Shown here one piece after another: positions 8,853 to 19,623 of a stretch of DNA of 64,000 nucleotides. How positions within the stretch are numbered: position 1 is the first letter of the stretch; each line of letters starts with the position of its first letter. The stretch covers positions 2,838-66,837 of the forward strand of contig JAQWEN010000001.1 of NCBI GenBank assembly GCA_028704885.1. Reading direction: 5' to 3'. The DNA is from Candidatus Shapirobacteria bacterium (GTDB lineage: Bacteria; Patescibacteriota; Microgenomatia; UBA12405). Under the pieces are notes generated by a model. It was not told where the DNA came from, ran no database searches, and saw nothing but the letters and a program-made list of their open reading frames with translations. Position numbers and translations under genes: made by a program.

Positions 8853-9653
8853 ATGTTAAAGAAATTTTTAGTATTAATTTTAGCTTCGATTTTTTTAAGT
8901 AGCTGCAGTTTGAGCCCAAAAAAATCTGGTTTAGAAATAATGAGTTTTCCAATTGCTAAGGTTTATGTAAATAATAAAGAAATGGGATCAACTCCCTATA
9001 AAAACATGAATTTAAAACCAGGTGAAAATGAGGTGAAGCTAATCTCTGGAAACAAAGAATGGAAAAGAAAAATAGATTTGCAAAATAATATTAATACAGT
9101 AGTAGATTGGCAATTCGGAGATGATTCTAATGGAGATAGCGGGTATGTTTTATATTTAGAAAAAACAGGAGATAAAAAAGCATCGCTTTTAGTGAATACC
9201 AATCCAGATAAAGCAACTATAACGATTGATGGCGAAGTTAAGGGAATTTCACCAATTAAAGTGAGTGAAATTGGCGAAGGAGATAAACAATTGTCAGTTT
9301 CTTTTCCGGGCTATAAAGATATAAATATTTTTATGAAAGCAATTAATGGTTACCAGTTGGTAGTTAGCGCAAAATTGGCAACTGAAAAAAATAATATTGA
9401 TCAAATAATTAGTTCCTCTGAAAATGAGACTCCTGTTAACAGCTTGAATGTGGCAAAAAAAATAACTATAAAAGAAACAGAAACTGGATGGTTAAAGGTA
9501 AGAGAAGCTAGTTCTAGTTCAAGTAAAGAAGTGACTAGGATTAAACCTGGTGAACAATATGTTTTAATTGAAGAAGGAACTGATTGGGATAAAATCGATT
9601 TGGGAAATGGAAAAAATGGCTGGATATCGACTACTTATGCTTCGAAAAATTAA
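8853..9653 (+). CDS. PEGA-domain lipoprotein with C-terminal SH3b domain
   Basis: Lipobox-like FLSSC; two PEGA-like repeats (G.TP / G.SP); WLKVRE...GWIS..Y. Confidence 0.7.
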   Translation: MLKKFLVLILASIFLSSCSLSPKKSGLEIMSFPIAKVYVNNKEMGSTPYKNMNLKPGENEVKLISGNKEWKRKIDLQNNINTVVDWQFGDDSNGDSGYVLYLEKTGDKKASLLVNTNPDKATITIDGEVKGISPIKVSEIGEGDKQLSVSFPGYKDINIFMKAINGYQLVVSAKLATEKNNIDQIISSSENETPVNSLNVAKKITIKETETGWLKVREASSSSSKEVTRIKPGEQYVLIEEGTDWDKIDLGNGKNGWISTTYASKN

Positions 9654-10689
9654 TAAAAATTCCAAAAATTAGAAAAGAACAGGCTAAAAAGAAATAAAGT
9701 TTTTGCTGGCTATTGAGAAAAAGGGAAACTATTCCAAGAATTAAACTAATTGCCCAATAAAAACAGGCAATTGAACGACGAGACCAACCAGCTTTGAGAA
9801 GTTGATGGTGAAAATGTTTGCCATCACCTAAATAAATGGGTTTTTTATTAATAATTCTTCGGATAATGGTATAAACAGCATCAAGCATAGGGATGAAGAG
9901 AAGAAAGATAAGAGTAGCTAGTTTGGCTCCAGAGAGAATAGCTAGAACAGCCAACAAAAAACCACCAAGACTTTTACCGCTGTAGCCTGGCATAATTGAC
10001 TGAGGAAAAAAATTAAAAGGGAGAAAGCCTAAATAAGAACCACAAACAGCACCAGCCAAAATAATAACCGGCCATTGAGTAATATCAGTTGAATAACGAA
10101 TAGCTAAAAGCCCAATGAAAAAGGCAGAAATAGAAACAAAACCAGGAAGTTGGCCGTCAACACCGGTAGCCCAACCAACAATATTCATACACCAAACAAT
10201 CCAAAAAACAGCTAAAAGATCAGGGATTAACCAAATACTATGTTGACCTAAAAAATTAAAATTTATTTTAATAAAGGAGAGGTCAATAATGCCACCAGTG
10301 AAAGGATTGGAAACAAAGGCGATACCAATACCAGAAGCAACGATAATTAAAGCAACAATAATATTAAAAAACAGGCGTATTTTAGGACTAATGTCTTTTA
10401 AGTCATCGAAAAGGCCAACAACTAAGGTAATAATACTAGCTAAAAGAATACCAATTAAATGTTTATCTAATGGTAAAAAAATAATCGCAGTAATGAGGAC
10501 GGCGATAAAAATAGGGATTCCTCCACCCCTGGGAACTGATGATAAAGCAGTAGCGTTGTGAGTTTTCTTTTGTTTATCTTCTGGATTTTCAATCCAATTT
10601 TTTTTAATAAAATAATTTCTGACTAGTGGAGTTAAAAGAAAGGAAAGACCGGCAGAAATTAAAATAGCCAGAAAAAATGAAAGTGGCAT
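9631..10689 (-). CDS. MraY/WecA/TagO-family polyprenyl-phosphate sugar-1-phosphate transferase (GT4)
   Basis: VPRGGG, GLFDD, GVDG, FLPFNF.P, HFHHQL; multi-pass membrane protein. Confidence 0.88.
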   Translation of the reverse strand: MPLSFFLAILISAGLSFLLTPLVRNYFIKKNWIENPEDKQKKTHNATALSSVPRGGGIPIFIAVLITAIIFLPLDKHLIGILLASIITLVVGLFDDLKDISPKIRLFFNIIVALIIVASGIGIAFVSNPFTGGIIDLSFIKINFNFLGQHSIWLIPDLLAVFWIVWCMNIVGWATGVDGQLPGFVSISAFFIGLLAIRYSTDITQWPVIILAGAVCGSYLGFLPFNFFPQSIMPGYSGKSLGGFLLAVLAILSGAKLATLIFLLFIPMLDAVYTIIRRIINKKPIYLGDGKHFHHQLLKAGWSRRSIACFYWAISLILGIVSLFLNSQQKLYFFLACSFLIFGIFINFSKHK

Positions 10690-10690
10690 A

Positions 10691-11071
10691 TTAAGAAATT
10701 AGATTAATAATTCTAGTAAGAGAAATTGCAGAAAGAAGAGAAAAAACTAAAGAAAAAACAGTTAAAAGACGAGAAAATAAAGGAATGGTCTTTAAAAAAA
10801 AGGTAGCAATTAAATTATTTAAAAGAAGAATGATAATAGAAAAAGTTGGTAATAAAAACAAAGAAGTAGCGGAAGCTAATTGGTCTTCTCCCCATGGAAG
10901 AGAATAATATAGGGGAACTTGCTGAGGCAAACTATTAAATTTAATAAACAAAATAATTAATTGAAAGATAATTAAAACTAAATTCCATCTAAAGATATGA
11001 TGGTTAATTTTTTCTTGCCAAAAACTACCAAGAATCGATATTTGAGAAAAAAGTGAATTAAAAAATGACAT
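10691..11071 (-). CDS. Small membrane protein (DUF1648-like)
   Basis: LPQQVPLYYSLPWG between TM helices. Confidence 0.6.
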   Translation of the reverse strand: MSFFNSLFSQISILGSFWQEKINHHIFRWNLVLIIFQLIILFIKFNSLPQQVPLYYSLPWGEDQLASATSLFLLPTFSIIILLLNNLIATFFLKTIPLFSRLLTVFSLVFSLLSAISLTRIINLIS

Positions 11072-11072
11072 A

Positions 11073-12530
11073 TTATCTTAATTTAAAAATAGTTGCATTG
11101 CCGACGGTTTGGGCAATATAATAATAATTCTTTATAAAAAGATCTAGATCAGAAAAAGGACGGTTAGACATTTGATAATAAATAATAAATTTCGGTAAAT
11201 TGGCTTTAATTTTATCCATTGTCGATTGATAACCATTAAAATCTACAATATGATAAGCAACAGTATATTTTGAGGTGGGTAAAAGATTTGATAAAGCATA
11301 AATATAAGGTTCATCTCCCCAAATGAAAATTTTATCATCTTGAGTAGTATTTGATTTTATAAAATCGGAAATTTTATAGGTATCACTGACTTGAGGACCA
11401 AAATAATTTTGATAATCAGTAGTTGATTTTTTGCCTAAAGAATAGGAATAAAAATTATTATAGTATTTAAAAACCGGATAAAAATAAAATTTGAATTTGA
11501 AAAGAACTAGAGCCAAAAAGAAAAAAGAAAATAAAGATAAAAATTGAATTTTTTTGTCTTTAAAATTAAATATTTGAACAATAATTAGAACTAATGGAGG
11601 AAGGGCTTGAATTAAATAGTGAGGATAGGGACGACCAGAAAGTAGAACACCAAAAATAGTAGACGAAAACCAAAACAATAAGAAGGAAAAATTAGAAGGA
11701 ATTATCTTTTTTATTTTTAATAAATAAATTAAAGCCCAGGCAATTAATAAAATTACAAATCTAGAAACTATTCCCCCGCTGGCGGGCGAAGCACTTTGAG
11801 TGCCAGTAGACCAGGAAGAAAGATAACCAAAATTTTGAAGAAGACTGGCAACTAAAAATGGTTTAAAGGCACCTTGAAAATAATAATAAATACCCCAAAG
11901 AGTTATTGGTAAAAGAAAGGCAACAGTGAAAATAATAATATTTTTAATATTCAAAAAGGCTTTCTTAAAAGAAGTTAAATTGTCGATAAAAAGCCAAAGA
12001 CAAAGAAAGGCAAATTCAATGGCAACTGGAATTTTAATAGTAAAAGCCAAGCCAAGAAGAAAACCAGAAATAACAATTATATTTAAATTTGGTTTGTTTT
12101 TGGTTAATAAAAATACTCCAAAAAGAGTAGGAAGGAGCATAAAAACTTCAGCATTGGCAATATTACCCTCAAAGAGAGGAATTGAAGTTAATATTAAAAA
12201 AATAAAAGTAGCGATTTTAGAAACTTTGATTGATAAAAATTTTTGACTAAGACGATAAAAGAAATAAATAGTAGGAATCATAAAAAACAAGAGAAGAAGT
12301 CTAAATCCAAAAACAGTTTGAGAAAAAGCGGCTAGATAATAAAGGGATGGAGGTTTGTTGTCGTGAATTTGACTGTAAAGAGTCACCCCTTTTCTAATGG
12401 CTTGACCTAAAACTAAATAAATACCTTCGTCTCCATACCAGTAAGGTTCAAAAAGTGAGGGAATTCTTAAAAAAAGAAAAACTAAAAATAAAGTAATCCA
12501 ATATTTATATTTAATTAAAGTTTTAAACAT
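11073..12530 (-). CDS. GT-C fold membrane glycosyltransferase (ArnT/PMT-like)
   Basis: WYGDEGIY, DNKPP, IFIWGDEPYIY; many TM helices. Confidence 0.75.
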   Translation of the reverse strand: MFKTLIKYKYWITLFLVFLFLRIPSLFEPYWYGDEGIYLVLGQAIRKGVTLYSQIHDNKPPSLYYLAAFSQTVFGFRLLLLFFMIPTIYFFYRLSQKFLSIKVSKIATFIFLILTSIPLFEGNIANAEVFMLLPTLFGVFLLTKNKPNLNIIVISGFLLGLAFTIKIPVAIEFAFLCLWLFIDNLTSFKKAFLNIKNIIIFTVAFLLPITLWGIYYYFQGAFKPFLVASLLQNFGYLSSWSTGTQSASPASGGIVSRFVILLIAWALIYLLKIKKIIPSNFSFLLFWFSSTIFGVLLSGRPYPHYLIQALPPLVLIIVQIFNFKDKKIQFLSLFSFFFLALVLFKFKFYFYPVFKYYNNFYSYSLGKKSTTDYQNYFGPQVSDTYKISDFIKSNTTQDDKIFIWGDEPYIYALSNLLPTSKYTVAYHIVDFNGYQSTMDKIKANLPKFIIYYQMSNRPFSDLDLFIKNYYYIAQTVGNATIFKLR

Positions 12531-12545
12531 CACTTAAATAATACC

Positions 12546-14054
12546 TTAAACAATAGGCTTTTTGCTGGTCGTTTTGTATTCCAACCTTTTACCTAAAAAT
12601 AATTTAGTATGAGAATGAAGTCCAGGGAGAACTGACATAGTGAGAGTGGCTAATGGCATAAAAGGCCATTGAAATATATTTTTAAGAATGTTTTTGAAAC
12701 CTCTTTTTTGATTAGCCGGACGAAGTTTCCAGTCTAAAATTATTAAAACGAACATAGGAAGTAAACAAATAGTTAAAATAACATTGGAGATTCTAGGAAG
12801 ATTGTAACCCACTGCAGTTTGGAAAAATTTAGGATTAAGAATGACTGGAAGTGAAGTTCCCAAAGTAAGAATAAACCAATTACTGGACCAAATTAAATGA
12901 GTTTGAATTAATTTGAAAATTCTTAAAGCGCGAGTAATAAAAGGGATTTCCTTGTGAATTCTGGCCTGTTCAATGGCATAAGGAATATCAGTAGCACCCC
13001 AAGCATGACGAACGCACTGGCTATAACGATTTTTTAAAGCTGAAATATAATTTTTACCGTCTGGAGCATCAACTACAGTTGGTAAAAATATTGGTTCAAC
13101 CGCAGTTTTACCGCCACTACTAAAAAAAGTTTGTAAAAAAATGTGCCAATCTTCAGGAATCATATCCGGATCCCAATAACCAGCGGAATCGATTAATTTA
13201 TAAGATGAGGAATAACAAGAATAATTAAAAAATAAACCATCCGGTTCCTGAATATTGGCGATGTGAATAACATTACCCATTATTCCAATAATTCTAATAG
13301 GACCAGGAACTTGGTTAATGTTGTTATGCCAAAAAATTGGTGACTGCCAAAAACGGAAATAGCGATTTTGATTAGAAGCAAAATTATAAGTTAAAGCGGA
13401 AAAGTATTGAGGATTAAAGATGGTATCAACATCACAGGAAGTAAGAGTACAATTTTCAATTTTATATTTACCGGTGTCAATAAAAGTAGTTTTAAAATAT
13501 TTAGCCGCCCAGGCTTCATTGGTGTGTTTACCGGCAATTTCACCAGGAAGATTACCTGGATGTTCAGTAAAAATTAAATGACCAAAGGTGTTTTTATATT
13601 TTTTAGAAAAATAATCGATAGTTTGTTGATTATTCTCTTTTCCAGCTCTAGCCTCTTGACCAAGAACAACATGGATATTCTTTAAATTAATGTTGGTTTG
13701 AGCAGCTAAACTGCCAATGGCCATGTCAATGACTTCATTTGGTTCTTTATATGAAGAAATAATAACGACATGGTTAATATCACTTCTTTTAAGCCAATTA
13801 GTTTTAAAATCGGATTGAAATTTTTCCTGCCAATTAGTGGCTTTAGCAGTTTTAATTTTAAAATAACCAATAACAGCGAGAATGGCTGATTTAAAGGATT
13901 GATAAAGCCAATAAACTAAAAAAGCGATAACAAAATAGGCAACAGCTTTAGGAACAACAAAGGCACCCCAAATGGGGAAAAGGATAGTCATCCAAGCAAA
14001 AAAACCAGGAATCATTTCCCAAAGACGATATATTTTGGAATTTTTATTGATCAT
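12546..14054 (-). CDS. GT2-family membrane glycosyltransferase
   Basis: SYKEP, DVD, PEDW, QCVRHAWG (QxxRW-like). Confidence 0.75.
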   Translation of the reverse strand: MINKNSKIYRLWEMIPGFFAWMTILFPIWGAFVVPKAVAYFVIAFLVYWLYQSFKSAILAVIGYFKIKTAKATNWQEKFQSDFKTNWLKRSDINHVVIISSYKEPNEVIDMAIGSLAAQTNINLKNIHVVLGQEARAGKENNQQTIDYFSKKYKNTFGHLIFTEHPGNLPGEIAGKHTNEAWAAKYFKTTFIDTGKYKIENCTLTSCDVDTIFNPQYFSALTYNFASNQNRYFRFWQSPIFWHNNINQVPGPIRIIGIMGNVIHIANIQEPDGLFFNYSCYSSSYKLIDSAGYWDPDMIPEDWHIFLQTFFSSGGKTAVEPIFLPTVVDAPDGKNYISALKNRYSQCVRHAWGATDIPYAIEQARIHKEIPFITRALRIFKLIQTHLIWSSNWFILTLGTSLPVILNPKFFQTAVGYNLPRISNVILTICLLPMFVLIILDWKLRPANQKRGFKNILKNIFQWPFMPLATLTMSVLPGLHSHTKLFLGKRLEYKTTSKKPIV

Positions 14055-14105
14055 CGAATGATTGATTATATCAAGATAGACTGTTTTTTGAGATAAAATA
14101 GTGAA

Positions 14106-14873
14106 ATGAGTATTTTAGCTTCAGTTAAAAAAACAATTGCTTATGCAAAAAAATATGGCGGAAACTTGACTGAAGAGCAATTATTTGAAAGATTAATTGA
14201 TGACAAGGCTTATACAAAAGAAGAAATAAATAAGTTTATAGAGTTATTAAGTTATAAAGTTATAAAGTCGGGAAAAAATAAGATATTAGAAGAGAAGATT
14301 AAAAAGGCCAAAGAGTTGGCAAAATTAATAGATAAACAATTTAAAGATATTTTGTTTTTGGGAATAACTGGATCAGTGGCAGCGGATTATCCTAAAAAGG
14401 ATGATGATATTGACATCATAATAATTACTAAAGTAAATAAATTGTGGATTACTAGGCTAAAATTAAGATTTTTTATAATTATTAATAAAATTCCCCATCG
14501 TAAATTTGAGAAAAAAGAAAAAAGGGACGAGTTTTGTTTTAATTTATGGTTAGACGAAAAATCATTGGAAATAAAAAACGAAAAACAAAATTTAAGAAAT
14601 GCAATGGATCTAATCTTAGTAAAAACATTAATAAATAAGGAAGGAACTTATGAAAAATTTATTAAGACTAATAATTGGGCAAAAAAATATGTAGCAACAG
14701 GCTATAATAATAAGTTGTTAGATTGTCAGATTGTCAGATTGTCAGATAAAACAAAAAATAATTTGGTTGATGAAATGGTTAACTGGTTGGTGTTTTGGCC
14801 GCAGTTTTGGTATATGAAAAAAAGGATAAAAAATGAAAAGATTAGCTTGCATCAAGCTTTCTTCCACCATTAA
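14106..14873 (+). CDS. Nucleotidyltransferase-domain protein
   Basis: GITGSVA...DDDIDIIII (pol-beta-type GS/DxD). Confidence 0.7.
   Translation: MSILASVKKTIAYAKKYGGNLTEEQLFERLIDDKAYTKEEINKFIELLSYKVIKSGKNKILEEKIKKAKELAKLIDKQFKDILFLGITGSVAADYPKKDDDIDIIIITKVNKLWITRLKLRFFIIINKIPHRKFEKKEKRDEFCFNLWLDEKSLEIKNEKQNLRNAMDLILVKTLINKEGTYEKFIKTNNWAKKYVATGYNNKLLDCQIVRLSDKTKNNLVDEMVNWLVFWPQFWYMKKRIKNEKISLHQAFFHH
14721..14744. repeat. In-frame octamer repeat (GATTGTCA x3)
   Basis: Perfect 3x8 bp inside the CDS; a second near-perfect octamer run AGTTAT(T/A)A x3 at 14242-14265. Confidence 0.8.
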
Positions 14874-14890
14874 ATGGTATAATAATACCA

Positions 14891-15514
14891 ATGCTTTCCC
14901 TGCCCAAAGAAAAAGTCCTAAAATATTCTGGCCGATTTTTTTTATTCCTGACTGGTTTAGTGGTTTTGTTTGGATCTTTAGTCTTGACTGGTTTAGAAAT
15001 TATGGCAAATGATAAAAAGACAAATAATTTGAGAAGTGTGCCGATTGAATACACGGTAGAAATGCCAAATGGTGAAAAAATAGCAAAAATTTATAAAGTT
15101 CCCGAAAGTAGAATTGGTCCAGAAAATGCCGAATATCTTATTAAAAAAATGAGAGACAGGTTATGGGTTGATTTAAGTAAAACGGCTAAGGATAAATCTG
15201 AGGTTTGTTTATTAATTGCTGACAAAAGAATGTTTGAAACAGTTGAATTAATTAAAAATAATAAAGATGAAGATTTAATTATAAAAACCCTAGATGAAAC
15301 AATTTGGCATTTAAAAGAATCTAAAAAAATGTTATCCGAGGAAAATAAAAAAGATATTGAAATATCGAAAGTTGATCAGCAAATTGATCGGGCTGGTTTA
15401 GCGTATGAAGATATAGTAAAATCTTTCAATTATAAAAACGAAAAAATAGATAAAATAATAAATGATCTTGAAAGCTGGAATCAAAAAAATATTAAAGAAG
15501 AAGGGGAAAATTAA
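14891..15514 (+). CDS. Membrane-anchored helical protein (DUF5667-like)
   Basis: N-terminal TM; P...Y.IK..RD and LLIADKR motifs. Confidence 0.5.
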   Translation: MLSLPKEKVLKYSGRFFLFLTGLVVLFGSLVLTGLEIMANDKKTNNLRSVPIEYTVEMPNGEKIAKIYKVPESRIGPENAEYLIKKMRDRLWVDLSKTAKDKSEVCLLIADKRMFETVELIKNNKDEDLIIKTLDETIWHLKESKKMLSEENKKDIEISKVDQQIDRAGLAYEDIVKSFNYKNEKIDKIINDLESWNQKNIKEEGEN

Positions 15515-17648
15515 AAATCTCTTTTTAAAAAAATGGTGGGTATTGGCCTTAATATTGATTGGATTGATAACTGTTTATTTGATTGAAGAGATACCAAATC
15601 CAACTAAATTGAGTAGTGGTGAATATCCACAATCGTCACAAATTTTGGATCGAAAGGGAAGGTTATTATTTGAAATTTATTCGGACAAAAGAAGAACTCC
15701 AGTTGAACTTAAAGAGATTCCTGATAGCCTTAAAAAAGCAACTTTGGCTATAGAAGATTTAAATTTTTATAAGCATAATGGTTTTGATTTTAGAGGTATT
15801 TTACGAGGACTTTATAGAAGTGTTTTTCAAAAAAGATTACAAGGAGGTTCAACTTTAACCCAACAATTGGTTAAAAATGCATTATTGACTCAAGAAAGAA
15901 CTATATCCCGAAAAATTAAAGAGGCAATTTTAACAGTGGCAACAGAAATACTTTATAGTAAAGACAAAATTTTGGAAATGTATTTCAATCAAACACCATA
16001 TGGGGGAACAATTTGGGGAGTACAGTCGGCAGCCAGAGGCTTTTTTAATAAAGACGTCAAAGATTTAGATTTAGCAGAAGCGTCATTGATAGCTGGATTA
16101 CCAGCATCTCCAACCAAATATAGTCCGTTTAGTCATCCAGAAGCGGCTAAGGCCAGACAGGAAATGGTTTTGACAAGGATGAACGAAGTGGGTTTTATTA
16201 GTAAAGAGGAAATGGAAAAAGCTAAAGCAGAAAAATTAAATTATTACTTGGATAAAACTGGAATTTTAGCACCTCATTTTGTTTTTTACGTTAAAGAACA
16301 ATTAACGGAAAAATACGGTTTAAAAAAATTAACAGAGGGTGGATTAAAAATAACAACTACCTTAGATTTAGATCTTCAAAAGATATCGGAAACAATAGTG
16401 GCATCGGAAGTGGCAAAATTGAAAAAATCAAATGTAACGAACGGGGCTGCTTTAATAACAGAACCAGGAAGCGGCAAAATTTTAGCAATGGTAGGATCGA
16501 TTGATTATTTTTCTAATGATATAGATGGTAAATATAATGTAGTGACGGCCCTAAGGCAGCCAGGATCATCAATTAAGCCATTAAATTATGCAGTAGGACT
16601 GGAATTGGGAAAAATAACGGCAGCATCGGTAATTGATGATGATCCAACTTGTTTTAAACAAATAAACCAAAAAGATTACTGTCCAACAAATTATGGCGGG
16701 GCTTATCATGGTTTACAAACAGTTAGAAATTCGTTAGCTAACTCATTAAATATTGGAGCAGTAAAAGTTTTAAAACTAAATGGAGTGGAAACTTTTATAG
16801 CCTCGGCTTCAGCAATGGGAATAACTACTTTTAAAGATCCAGAAAATTATGGATTTTCTTTAACTTTAGGTGGAGGTGAAGTTTATATGACAGATATGGC
16901 GACTGCATATGGAGTTTTGGCTAATATGGGAGTTAAACAAAATTTGACACCGATATTAAAAGTTGAAGATAAAGATGGAAAAACATTGGAAGAATTTAAA
17001 GAAAATCCTGGAGAAAGAGTATTGTCTCGAGAAACAAGTTATATTATTCAAAATATTTTGTCGGATGATGGAGCTAGAAGTATGGTTTTTGGAGCCGGAT
17101 CACTTTTAAATATTAAAAAACATCCAGAAGTGGCAGTGAAAACAGGAACCACAAATGATTTAAGGGATAACTGGACTTATGGTTATACTTCAGATTATGT
17201 AGTGGGAACCTGGGTGGGAAATAATGATAATTCAAAAATGAGAGGAGTGGTGTCGGGAACCAGCGGTGCAGCCCCAATTTGGAATAAAATAATGACAGAA
17301 ATATTAAAAGACAAAACAGTAAAAAAACCAGTAATGCCAACAAACATTATTGGAATTAATGTGTGTAATTTAACTGGCGGAGCAATTCCAGAGGGCGGCT
17401 GTGAATCGCATTATGAATATTTTAATAAGGAATTTTTACCAATGCAAACAAGCATGAGAACTAATGTATTAATTAATAAAGATACAGGGAGAATTGTGGT
17501 TGATGGAGAAGTAGCCGCAAATGCAGAATGGCAAGACCATACTGTTGTAACTGACATTGCAGGGGTTAAAATATGTTTAGACTGTCCTTTAGTTGGTGTT
17601 GGAAATACTGGTGATTTAAACAATAAACCAGCTTCAATTGTTAATTAG
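15462..17648 (+). CDS. Class A bifunctional penicillin-binding protein
   Basis: Transglycosylase EDLNF..H.G and GGSTLTQQLVKN; transpeptidase SSIK, SLN, KTGTT. Confidence 0.93.
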   Translation: MILKAGIKKILKKKGKIKNLFLKKWWVLALILIGLITVYLIEEIPNPTKLSSGEYPQSSQILDRKGRLLFEIYSDKRRTPVELKEIPDSLKKATLAIEDLNFYKHNGFDFRGILRGLYRSVFQKRLQGGSTLTQQLVKNALLTQERTISRKIKEAILTVATEILYSKDKILEMYFNQTPYGGTIWGVQSAARGFFNKDVKDLDLAEASLIAGLPASPTKYSPFSHPEAAKARQEMVLTRMNEVGFISKEEMEKAKAEKLNYYLDKTGILAPHFVFYVKEQLTEKYGLKKLTEGGLKITTTLDLDLQKISETIVASEVAKLKKSNVTNGAALITEPGSGKILAMVGSIDYFSNDIDGKYNVVTALRQPGSSIKPLNYAVGLELGKITAASVIDDDPTCFKQINQKDYCPTNYGGAYHGLQTVRNSLANSLNIGAVKVLKLNGVETFIASASAMGITTFKDPENYGFSLTLGGGEVYMTDMATAYGVLANMGVKQNLTPILKVEDKDGKTLEEFKENPGERVLSRETSYIIQNILSDDGARSMVFGAGSLLNIKKHPEVAVKTGTTNDLRDNWTYGYTSDYVVGTWVGNNDNSKMRGVVSGTSGAAPIWNKIMTEILKDKTVKKPVMPTNIIGINVCNLTGGAIPEGGCESHYEYFNKEFLPMQTSMRTNVLINKDTGRIVVDGEVAANAEWQDHTVVTDIAGVKICLDCPLVGVGNTGDLNNKPASIVN

Positions 17649-17649
17649 G

Positions 17650-19623
17650 ATGACTTTTTTTGAAATAATAATAAAAATCTTAATAGCAATAGGAAGGCCA
17701 TTTTTTTGGATTTTAAAAAAAATAAAATATTTACTGATAATAGGTGTTTTGCTGGTAATTGTTTTTAATATTTATCAATTTTTAACCAAGGAATTACCGG
17801 ATATAAATTTGATTTATAATCCACCAAAACTGTCGAGTAAAATAATGGATCGAAACGGAAACTTGCTTTATAAATTTTACGAAGAAGAAAATAGAACTTG
17901 GGTGAGTTTAGATAAAATTCCAAAAAAATTTATTGAAGCAACAATTTCAATTGAAGATAAAGATTTTTATAAACATGGAGGTTTGTCTTTTAGAGGAATA
18001 GTTAAAGCAACAATTCATAATTTTAGAAAGTCTGATGGTGATAAATTAAGAGGCGGATCAACGATTACACAACAATTGGTTAAAAATGTTTTTCTAACTA
18101 ATGAAAAATCATTTAAAAGGAAGATAAAAGAAGCAATTTTAACTTTAAAAATTGAAAGAAAGTTGACCAAGAATGAAATTTTGGAAAGGTATTTTAATCA
18201 AGTTTCTTACGGGGGTGAGGCTTATGGGGTTGAAGAGGCGGCACAAAAATATTTTGGAAAAAATATAGAGGAATTAAATGAAAGTGAAATGGTTTATTTG
18301 GCTGGATTGCCAGCAGCACCAAGTTCTTATTCCCCTTTCGGCAATAATCCAGAATTAGGAATTTCAAGACAAAAAAGAGTAGTAGAAGAAATGATTTCGG
18401 CTAAATATATTAATAAAGATGAGAGAGAAAAAATATTAAATCAGAAATTAGTTTTTAAAAAAAGAAAAGGAAAAATAGAGGCTCCCCACTTTGTTTTTTA
18501 TATTAAAAATTTGCTGGAAAACAAATATGGTTATATTAATTTTGAAAGACAAGGATTAAATATTTATACTAGTTTGGATTTAAATATTCAAAAAGAAGCA
18601 GAGAAAATTGTAAATCAAGAGATCGAAAGTGTTAAAAAATTGAAAATATCAAATGGAGCGGCGTTGGTGGTGGAAGTGAAAAATGGAGATATTTTAGCAA
18701 TGGTAGGGTCAAAAGATTATGAGGCAACTGATATTGATGGAAATGTAAATGTAACAACTTCCCTGAGGCAACCGGGATCATCAATTAAACCAATAAATTA
18801 TTTATTGGCTTTTGAAAAAGGAAATAGTCCTGATTCTTATATAGAAGATAGTCCAGTTAGTTATTATGTTCCCGGACAAAAGGTTTATTCTCCTCAAAAT
18901 TACAATGGCAAATATATGGGTAAAGTGACTTTAAGAACAGCATTGGCCTCGTCTTTAAATGTTCCTTCAGTAAAACTTTTGGCCGAAAATGGAGTAAATA
19001 ATATGATTGATTTGGCTGAAAGTATGGGAATAACAACATGGAAAGAAAGAAAGAGATATGGACTATCATTGGCATTGGGGAGCGGTGAAGTCAAAATGAC
19101 CGAGTTAGCACAAGCCTACAGTATTTTTGCCAATTTGGGAGAAAAAGTGGAAATAAATCCAATTTATAAAATAGATAATTATTTAGGAGAAAATATTTAT
19201 AAGAAAGAAAAAGAAACAAAAAAGATATTTGATCCAAATTTAGCTTTAACAATCAATAATATTTTGAGTGATGATAAGGCTAGATCCCCTATTTTTGGAT
19301 TGAATTCAAAATTAAAAATTGAAGGAAAAACTGTTGCGGTAAAAACGGGAACAACTAATAATTTAAAAGATAATTGGTGTATTGGTTGGACGCCAAATTA
19401 TTTAGTGGCAACTTGGGTGGGAAATAATGACGGTTCTCCAATGAGTTGGGTGGCATCAGGAGTGAGTGGAGCAACTCCAATATGGAACAGAATAATGACT
19501 AGAATTCTGAGTAATAAAATAGACGAACAATGGGCTGATTCGGTTTCACTGCCGGACGATAAAATTATTTTTGAAGAGAATACCAATATAACTGATCAAT
19601 TAAGCCAGGAATTAACTTTTTAG
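17650..19623 (+). CDS. Class A bifunctional penicillin-binding protein (second tandem paralog)
   Basis: EDKDFYKHGG, GGSTITQQLVKN, PGSSIKP, SLN, KTGTT. Confidence 0.93.
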   Translation: MTFFEIIIKILIAIGRPFFWILKKIKYLLIIGVLLVIVFNIYQFLTKELPDINLIYNPPKLSSKIMDRNGNLLYKFYEEENRTWVSLDKIPKKFIEATISIEDKDFYKHGGLSFRGIVKATIHNFRKSDGDKLRGGSTITQQLVKNVFLTNEKSFKRKIKEAILTLKIERKLTKNEILERYFNQVSYGGEAYGVEEAAQKYFGKNIEELNESEMVYLAGLPAAPSSYSPFGNNPELGISRQKRVVEEMISAKYINKDEREKILNQKLVFKKRKGKIEAPHFVFYIKNLLENKYGYINFERQGLNIYTSLDLNIQKEAEKIVNQEIESVKKLKISNGAALVVEVKNGDILAMVGSKDYEATDIDGNVNVTTSLRQPGSSIKPINYLLAFEKGNSPDSYIEDSPVSYYVPGQKVYSPQNYNGKYMGKVTLRTALASSLNVPSVKLLAENGVNNMIDLAESMGITTWKERKRYGLSLALGSGEVKMTELAQAYSIFANLGEKVEINPIYKIDNYLGENIYKKEKETKKIFDPNLALTINNILSDDKARSPIFGLNSKLKIEGKTVAVKTGTTNNLKDNWCIGWTPNYLVATWVGNNDGSPMSWVASGVSGATPIWNRIMTRILSNKIDEQWADSVSLPDDKIIFEENTNITDQLSQELTF

